64,000 nucleotides of DNA, taken from the IMG/VR virus record IMGVR_UViG_3300035698_004085, positions 32,001 through 96,000 of that record; one strand, given 5' to 3'. A program made the translations under genes and the position numbers. The stretch comes from a virus. Below, piece by piece: positions 57,405 through 64,000 of this stretch (position 1 is the first letter of the stretch; every line of letters begins with the position of its first letter). The notes under the pieces were generated by a model. That model saw only the letters and a program-made list of their open reading frames with translations, had not been told where the DNA came from and ran no database searches.

Positions 57405-60400
57405 ATGAAGAAATTATCTGTAAAACAAATTAAAGAACTCCTCTTGAATGGTAAAGAAGTTACCATGAATAAGTGGGCAATTCTTATTAATGAGAATGAT
57501 GAAGTTGCGGTATATGCTCCTGACGGAACTGGTATTGCAGCTTCTTTAATGCTCCTTGACCAAGAGATTGGTAGATTTGTTAGAGCAGCTGGGATGCCGG
57601 ATACGACACCTAAGCCGGTATCCTATCCTGCTACCGAATCTCCTAAGTCAGTTCTAAAAGATGATTCTTCAACTGGTCATCCTACTAAGGACCCTTCAGT
57701 CGTTAAGCAACCCGTTCCCCAAGGTGACAAGCCTAACAAGGGTATGGACAGCGATTCTTCAGAGGGTCACCCTACTAAGGACCCTGCTATTGACAAGCTT
57801 CCGCAGCCTAATAAAGAGCGCGGAGGATTGCCCAATAAAGACCTGGGCAAAGATACTTCTCAAGACTCTACAAATTGGGGAGATAAGCAATCTCGTAAGA
57901 AGAAGTCTAGAGAGCAAGTCTCTTACGGTTTTGCTATCTCTGACGGGTTTGATGAATATTCAGATAATGAGTTTGACTCTGAGGGAGTTACTCAGGCAGC
58001 AATGCAGGTTGAGAGAAACATTTTAAATTGGCTGAATTCAAATATTGGTAATGCTAGAGATGAGGGTCATGGCTCGGATGGTGATTTGATTGGTAGTATT
58101 TTTGTGGATGTTGGAACGGGAGAAGAAGAGTTTATTAAAGACGGTAATGAGCATCTAGGGGAAGAGCCTTATTCAGTAGGTAAGGGGGACTTCCCATTTG
58201 ATCCGTTTGAAGGAGTTGAGGATGCTTATATAAGCGCGTTTATTCCTAGTCTTTCTTTCTTTGGTGAGGGAGATTCTACTAATAGAGTCTATAGTCGCAA
58301 AGCTTTCACTGACGAGCTGTTTGGCGTAGAGATTAATGAAGAGCCTGAAAAGAGCTTTAATGATGGAGAAGATCTTCCCAATATGAATGAAATATTCTCA
58401 GAAATGGGATCTGGAGAAGTTGATGAAGCTGACGAAGATTCTGACGAAGAGGGCATTGAAGTTGAGGTTAAGCTAGAAGTTGATGCTAAGAAGAAAAGAT
58501 CTCAAATGAGAAATCAGTTTGATGGAGTTGCTGTCAGGATCGTAGGGGGTGATACCTTCTTAGAGCTAAATAACGATGAGGTTTATGTAGGCGTTGTACA
58601 CGATAGTTCAAGCATGACTCCTTCTGCTGCTGTTTATATTCAGCAAGGTTGGGGTAGTGAGGACGAAGTTCTTCAAGAGGCATATGCCGAGTTGGAAACA
58701 TCAGATTCTGACAGTCTTTCACCTGAAGAGTCGGAAGAGCGTTGGACTACTCAAGATGCTGAAGGCTATGATCCTTTAACTGAGGCTTATGATGGGTGGG
58801 CGTTTACGACTACTGCTAAAGAGCTTCAATCCATGATTGAGTCTCAAAGTAATCAATATAATAAAGAGAAATTCTCTGAAATAGAGTTTGAAGCTCCTGA
58901 AGAAGATGATGAAGACGAGTATGATGACGACGATAACTATGATGCTGAAGATGCAGCAGGGAAGCTAAATGCCTCAAACAAGATTGCAGACACGTTTGAC
59001 CAAGAGCCTGCTGCGGGACCTTCTTATATGGATTTGGTACATGCCAAGCCTCATGAAGATATGTTAAGAGACATTGGAGATCCTGATAAATGGGCTGCTA
59101 ATCGCATGCTAGAAGCTATGTCTGAGCCTGATGAAAAGAAGTGTAAAGACTGTGGCAAAGTAAAATGCGAATGTGACAAGAAAGAGAAGAAGTCTAGGAA
59201 AAGAGTTTCTAGAGAAGTTGTTTGGGAAGTATCTGAAGAAGATGTTGGGCAAGGAGTAGAGGACAATCCTGTATTTGAGCCTTTAGGGGTTATACAAGAC
59301 AGAGATATTGGTAAGCGCATATATAATATTAATGGAGTTTATCAAGTAGAAAATGATTCACAGCTAGAGAAAAGACTAAATGCATCCCGTAAACAAGCTG
59401 GTCCCAAGATTAAAGAGAATTGGGGAGATGGTGGAACTTATTCAAGGGATTTAGAAGCTGAGTCTGGTGAAGAGCTTTATCACATTGTAAGGTCCCTTGG
59501 ACAAGATGATGATTACGATTGGTCAGGCTATAGTGGAGCAGGCGTTCCTATAATGGATGACGACAATGCTAATGAGATGGAAACCGGCATTATGGCAGGT
59601 AAAATTCCACCTCAATTTTTATCCAAGAATGATAAAGGAAAAGATAAGGATGCAGATGAGAAAGACTCAGAATGCGATAAGTCAGATAAAGAAGCCGTAG
59701 ACGACAATGCTAAAGAGTATTGGGGCAAGTATTTCAAAGACTACGGCAAGGATCTTACTAAGGATCCTAATGACTCTAATAGCACTAATGATGGTAGCCG
59801 GGCTGATACTGATGATTATTCTCCTGCTGTTAGTACTCAACCTAAGCCAACTGGTCAACAGCAAGTGGACAAGAAGATTAAAGCTCGAAAAGCTAAGCGT
59901 AAAGCACAGGAGGTATTAGACAGTGCTGATACTATGAGCGAACTTATGCAAAAGTTTGATGAGGCACTTGCTATATGGGTTCAGGAATATGGGTCTGATG
60001 CTGGATTCAACGAGTGGTTTACTCAGCAAGTGGCTAGCAAGACTGCTAAGCGTAAAGCACAGGATTATCAGTCTGAATTAGAAGATTCCCTAATGTCTGC
60101 TGCTCAACAGGGTGATGTAGAACAACTAAGATGGTTGGTTGAAACTGAGGGAGCTTTGGGGTTAGATAATGCTCTTCAACAGGCTACTTCAGCGGGACAA
60201 CAAGGCGCTGTAGAATATCTTCAATCCGCATTGGGTACAACGGCTTCTCGTAAAGCTCAGAATGCACCTCCTGGCTCTGCTCCCGCTCCTGCTGCTCCCG
60301 CTGATCCTGCGGGTGAGACTGCACCTCCTGCTGGTGGCGCTCCTGCTCCAGCGGCTCCTGCTCCAGCGGCTCCTGCTCCCTCTACCAAGCCTGCTCCGGG

Positions 60401-61061
60401 TGCTGGCGATGAGGGTTTAAAGTCTTTGGGATTCACTGATCAAGAGATTCAGACAATGACTCCTGAAGTTAAGACTAAGATTCTTCAAGTTCAAAAGGGA
60501 CCTGCTCCAGCCGCTCCAGGTGCTAAGTCTCCCGCAGCTCCGACCGCACCTTCCGCTCCAGGGGCACCCGCTGCACCTGCTGCTCCCGCCGCACCTGCAG
60601 CTCCTCCTGCACCGTCTAAACCTGTAGCAACTCGTTTAGCAAGGCAAGTAAAGGATTCTGCTAAGGTTAAGAGAGCATTTGCAATGTTGTCACAAGTTGC
60701 GCCAGCTCCGGTTGCGCCAGCTCCTACAACTCCTGCACCTGCTCCCGCTGCACCTGCTCCCGCTGCACCTGCTCCCGCTGCACCTGCTCCAAGTGCTCCT
60801 AAGGCACCCGCTGAGGGTCCGTCTTCCGAGTTTGATACGAGTACTGGTGCGGGTTCTGGACAGCCTACAGTAGAGGCTATGGCTCTTCTGAATGAGATTA
60901 GGCTAAAGCCTGTATCCGCAGAGACTCCTGCGCAAGTTTCCTCAATTAAAGCCCAAGAGTTAGTACAGAGACTATTGAGTGAGGTTGGATTACCAATTAG
61001 TGAGGCTAGAACTGCTTTAGGTCTTCAAAAAGACGAATCTTTTGACAAATTGTTTGAATAA
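57405..61061 (+). CDS. Large acidic modular polyprotein with basic linkers, ankyrin-like module and Pro/Ala-rich tail
   Basis: 1218 aa; at least ten basic linkers between D/E-rich modules. Confidence 0.75.
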   Translation: MKKLSVKQIKELLLNGKEVTMNKWAILINENDEVAVYAPDGTGIAASLMLLDQEIGRFVRAAGMPDTTPKPVSYPATESPKSVLKDDSSTGHPTKDPSVVKQPVPQGDKPNKGMDSDSSEGHPTKDPAIDKLPQPNKERGGLPNKDLGKDTSQDSTNWGDKQSRKKKSREQVSYGFAISDGFDEYSDNEFDSEGVTQAAMQVERNILNWLNSNIGNARDEGHGSDGDLIGSIFVDVGTGEEEFIKDGNEHLGEEPYSVGKGDFPFDPFEGVEDAYISAFIPSLSFFGEGDSTNRVYSRKAFTDELFGVEINEEPEKSFNDGEDLPNMNEIFSEMGSGEVDEADEDSDEEGIEVEVKLEVDAKKKRSQMRNQFDGVAVRIVGGDTFLELNNDEVYVGVVHDSSSMTPSAAVYIQQGWGSEDEVLQEAYAELETSDSDSLSPEESEERWTTQDAEGYDPLTEAYDGWAFTTTAKELQSMIESQSNQYNKEKFSEIEFEAPEEDDEDEYDDDDNYDAEDAAGKLNASNKIADTFDQEPAAGPSYMDLVHAKPHEDMLRDIGDPDKWAANRMLEAMSEPDEKKCKDCGKVKCECDKKEKKSRKRVSREVVWEVSEEDVGQGVEDNPVFEPLGVIQDRDIGKRIYNINGVYQVENDSQLEKRLNASRKQAGPKIKENWGDGGTYSRDLEAESGEELYHIVRSLGQDDDYDWSGYSGAGVPIMDDDNANEMETGIMAGKIPPQFLSKNDKGKDKDADEKDSECDKSDKEAVDDNAKEYWGKYFKDYGKDLTKDPNDSNSTNDGSRADTDDYSPAVSTQPKPTGQQQVDKKIKARKAKRKAQEVLDSADTMSELMQKFDEALAIWVQEYGSDAGFNEWFTQQVASKTAKRKAQDYQSELEDSLMSAAQQGDVEQLRWLVETEGALGLDNALQQATSAGQQGAVEYLQSALGTTASRKAQNAPPGSAPAPAAPADPAGETAPPAGGAPAPAAPAPAAPAPSTKPAPGAGDEGLKSLGFTDQEIQTMTPEVKTKILQVQKGPAPAAPGAKSPAAPTAPSAPGAPAAPAAPAAPAAPPAPSKPVATRLARQVKDSAKVKRAFAMLSQVAPAPVAPAPTTPAPAPAAPAPAAPAPAAPAPSAPKAPAEGPSSEFDTSTGAGSGQPTVEAMALLNEIRLKPVSAETPAQVSSIKAQELVQRLLSEVGLPISEARTALGLQKDESFDKLFE
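60261..60830 (+). repeat. Pro/Ala low-complexity coding repeats (APAAP)
   Basis: gcacctgctcccgct-type units. Confidence 0.8.
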
Positions 61062-61088
61062 TAAATACCCAAAGGAGGGATATTTAAA

Positions 61089-61832
61089 ATGACTGAAAAA
61101 CTAAGAGTATTTAATAAGACACATGGTGCAATATCGTTTAACGTGCTTCCTGCATTAGACGACTCTATTTGGGCAATGTCTGAGCATCATCGGCGCAAGA
61201 AGATTCGTTCTTCTGGGATTCCTGTATTGGTACAGAAGCAGACTTCTCAAGATCTTGTAGACACTACAAAGCGCTCTATTGAAGAGATTAAGAAAAGCCC
61301 AGACTTTATTCAAATCATGAAGAAGTCCGTTTTCGACGTTCTAGAGGATTCTTCAATTGTGGTTGAAGAGGTTTTAGTACCTGCTGGTGTAACCGTTGAT
61401 GAAGTTAAGGTTGAAGACATTCTAACTGAGGATGAGCTTGAGAAAGAGATAGTTGGGGTACCTGAAGTGACAGAAACTGAGATTTCAAACACTCAAGATG
61501 TGGTAATAGAACCGGTTATTGATACAGCTTCGAATTTCCCTATGGTAGAGCTTGAGAAAGAACCAGTTTTAACTCCTGCGTATAATGCCGCACCTGTAGT
61601 TGTTGAATCCGAAAAAGAAGAAGAAGAATCTCAAGATGATACTAAGAAGATTTCAGTTCCTCCTTCAGCTCCAGTTGCTCCGATAATGCCTCAGATGCCT
61701 GCAATGCCAGTAGAAGAGAAGCCTAAAGTAAGAAGAGGACGACCACCGAAGTCAGAGGTTAAACCTAAAAACAAAGGTGGAAGACCCAAGAATAGCCCTA
61801 ACAAGCCCAAAGCTCCTAAAGTAAAGGAGTAA
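61089..61832 (+). CDS. Hypothetical protein with C-terminal AT-hook-like motifs
   Basis: RRGRPPK and GGRPK at the basic C-terminus; AGGAGG RBS. Confidence 0.6.
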   Translation: MTEKLRVFNKTHGAISFNVLPALDDSIWAMSEHHRRKKIRSSGIPVLVQKQTSQDLVDTTKRSIEEIKKSPDFIQIMKKSVFDVLEDSSIVVEEVLVPAGVTVDEVKVEDILTEDELEKEIVGVPEVTETEISNTQDVVIEPVIDTASNFPMVELEKEPVLTPAYNAAPVVVESEKEEEESQDDTKKISVPPSAPVAPIMPQMPAMPVEEKPKVRRGRPPKSEVKPKNKGGRPKNSPNKPKAPKVKE

Positions 61833-61835
61833 TAT

Positions 61836-62456
61836 ATGCTAGTAAAGGCACATAATTCACCTGATAAATACTTAGAAGATTTTGGCTTAGCCGAAGGTAG
61901 ACAAGTTCATTTCTACGAGAGTGGTCCTGAATATCTTGGCAAGGTGGCTATTTCGTTAGTTCATCACGTTTTAGCAATGTGGGCTGAAAAACCACTAAAA
62001 GTAAGATGCGATATAGCTGACTCAGAAGAATCAAAGAGATCAGGGCTTCAAACCTATGATTCTCTAGATGAAAATGCTGGCTTATTCTTTCCTTATATTC
62101 CTTATACTGAGGTTACCTTTCATCAAGGATCTGTCTCATACCCATTAGACATTATTTTCCTGAAGGATGAAGAGATAATCAAGATTCAGTCAGATACTAA
62201 AGTAGGATCATCTGATAGATGGTCTTGTGCTGAGGTTTCTGGAGTAATCGAGGTTAATGCAGGCTTTTGCAAAGCTAATAAGGTAGCAGTAGGTGATAGA
62301 ATCGTTTTACAAGCTGTATCTGAACAAGACATTAAAGAGGTAGAAGAAGAGAACTTTCTAATGCTGGCTTATGGATCTGAGGATTCTCATGACGCTAAGT
62401 TCTCCTATATGCCAAATTCAGTTAATCTATCTTCAGCTATAGCAGATATGCTTTAA
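61836..62456 (+). CDS. DUF192-family protein
   Basis: CDIADS....SGL......ENAGLFF...PLDIIFL...VIEVNAG......VGD. Confidence 0.8.
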   Translation: MLVKAHNSPDKYLEDFGLAEGRQVHFYESGPEYLGKVAISLVHHVLAMWAEKPLKVRCDIADSEESKRSGLQTYDSLDENAGLFFPYIPYTEVTFHQGSVSYPLDIIFLKDEEIIKIQSDTKVGSSDRWSCAEVSGVIEVNAGFCKANKVAVGDRIVLQAVSEQDIKEVEEENFLMLAYGSEDSHDAKFSYMPNSVNLSSAIADML

Positions 62457-62466
62457 ACCAGGAGTT

Positions 62467-62832
62467 TTGATGTTAGATATTAAATCAGACCAATTGCTCT
62501 ACCCATATCGAATCTATCTTAAGGGAGGGCATGTTATAGTAGTATGGCTTCCTTTTGAAGATTCAAAGGATTGTGGAGTTGAGCTTTTAAAAGTGAAGAA
62601 GTCTAAGACTACGGGAATGATGCTTTATGGATTTAGACAAAACCTTCAGCCTTATGACATTTTTATGGATGCTTCAGAAATAGTAGGATTTGACAGAGCG
62701 CTAACAACGGATGCTAGATCACTCGATATGAACGCTGCAAGGTTAAAGCAAGCTGCTCAGTCAAACCACGTGAATAACTCCAAAAAGGGTAAGGTAACTG
62801 TTGGACAGACAGTTAAGAAAACAAGGAATTAA
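62467..62832 (+). CDS. Hypothetical protein
   Basis: 121 aa with AGGAG RBS. Confidence 0.55.
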   Translation: MMLDIKSDQLLYPYRIYLKGGHVIVVWLPFEDSKDCGVELLKVKKSKTTGMMLYGFRQNLQPYDIFMDASEIVGFDRALTTDARSLDMNAARLKQAAQSNHVNNSKKGKVTVGQTVKKTRN

Positions 62833-62833
62833 T

Positions 62834-64000
62834 ATGATACCTACATTTAATGAATTAATGCAGAATGAGAAAGTTAGGAATCATCCCTTACTTGCAGGAT
62901 ATAATAACCTGCCTAACGTTAGAGAAGGTATTCTAAAGCACTCACAATCGCTTGAGGATGAGTTCTCTCAGTCTACCAACCCTTTAAAGGAAGATCCTGA
63001 GTTAGACCTTCAATCGACTATTCATGAGGCTGCTAGGTTAGTGGAGGATTCCTTAGCTCAGTTTGATTTTCCTCTTCTTCCTAAGATCTCTTATAACAAT
63101 ACAAGAGATCTCAAGTATGCTCGTCATAATGAGGCTCAAGTGTCTCAAGGGTTAGTCCTGTTCAACGTTGAAATGAAAGCTGCTTCTGGTATTAAGAAAA
63201 CAGCTCTAATTCCCGTAGCAATCTCAGGAGGAACTTTAGTTCCTCCTTCTGTCATGGAAGTTGATGGAAGCATGTATACGCTTTCTCAATCATCTGTTAA
63301 TACTATTTTAGGAAGGTTGACTTCGTATGAGTTGCCTCAGCTAAGAGAGCAGTTTGATCCTCCTATGAATAGAGATGAGCGAAGTATAGCTGTTGACATG
63401 AGGAATGAAGCAGGTTGGAAAACTAGAACTAAAAACCCTGAGCACTATATGATGCAAGAGGTTAAACAAGCTAGGCGAAGAGCGCAAATGGGGTTGGAGA
63501 GCTACCTAAGCGTTGTAGAGGACTGGGCTGCTGATCAAGGGCTGAGCATAGAAGGTACTCCTAGTTTTGCAGAAGGTGAAATGGGATTGTCGCTAAGTGA
63601 TGGTAGTAAGATAGTTGTGACTAAGGGAGATGAAGCAGGGTCTGAGGTATTATGGGTTTCGGACCTTACTAATCCGAATAATGATGACACAATAACGTTA
63701 ACTGCGCGTAATAAGAATGCTGCTGGCAAGAAAGCTGTTAAATCTACTCCAAGTGCTTATGGAATCGTTATGGAAGCAATGATAGAGGCTGAAGAGAGCG
63801 GAGAAGATACGTTCCCGCGTCCTTATCATTATGTGCTGGCTAACTACATCTTAAAGCACGTTAACACTGCGTCTAAAGACGCTTGGGAGCCTCACCTTAT
63901 TAATCAGGGATTCTGTATCAATCCTTACGGATATAATAGACATCGGTTTCATAAAGGTGGCAGAGTTAGTCAGAGTGAGATTGAAGAATATTATGAGGAT
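62834..64000 (+). CDS. 3'-truncated ORF, another linker-punctuated modular protein (not in supplied ORF track)
   Basis: Translated by hand MIPTFNELMQ...EEYYED with no stop to the window end; contains KQARRRAQ (63464-63487), KKAV and RVSQ. Confidence 0.75.
   Translation, partial: MIPTFNELMQNEKVRNHPLLAGYNNLPNVREGILKHSQSLEDEFSQSTNPLKEDPELDLQSTIHEAARLVEDSLAQFDFPLLPKISYNNTRDLKYARHNEAQVSQGLVLFNVEMKAASGIKKTALIPVAISGGTLVPPSVMEVDGSMYTLSQSSVNTILGRLTSYELPQLREQFDPPMNRDERSIAVDMRNEAGWKTRTKNPEHYMMQEVKQARRRAQMGLESYLSVVEDWAADQGLSIEGTPSFAEGEMGLSLSDGSKIVVTKGDEAGSEVLWVSDLTNPNNDDTITLTARNKNAAGKKAVKSTPSAYGIVMEAMIEAEESGEDTFPRPYHYVLANYILKHVNTASKDAWEPHLINQGFCINPYGYNRHRFHKGGRVSQSEIEEYYED

Noticed and set aside
221-63729. 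Minus-strand ORFs in the track
   Set aside because: All are short, lie antisense to longer plus-strand genes and show no recognisable motifs.

Overview
This 64-kb window is a gene-dense, entirely plus-strand segment of a large contractile-tailed (myovirus-like, probably jumbo) bacteriophage using genetic code 11. I found no tRNA, rRNA or CRISPR. Layout: (1) 1-17.3 kb baseplate/tail module (hub, spike, gp25-like, baseplate J, wedge proteins, beta-helix tail fibre), interrupted by a multi-zinc-finger HNH endonuclease. (2) A sigma70-promoted DT-repeat lipoprotein. (3) 18-52 kb replication, recombination and nucleotide module: FEN fused to a UDG-family-4-like domain, ThyX, SNF2 helicase with a class-3 intein, Nudix, DnaC/DnaB/primase, a divergent sigma factor, beta-clamp, family-A polymerase, DnaX, SSB, RecA, DNA methylase, SbcCD, RuvC, an amidase endolysin and a trigger-factor homologue. 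(4) 52.7-64 kb cluster of acidic modular proteins punctuated by a recurring basic (A)S-[RK]-K-[KA]-A-Q linker. The best candidate for an undescribed system is block 4. Its modules are duplicated exactly linker-to-linker, shared between different genes, and in one case flanked by identical 20-bp linker-coding repeats. This suggests protease-processed virion polyproteins whose cargo cassettes are shuffled by recombination at the cleavage-site codons. All functional calls come from motif recognition by eye; no database searches were run.
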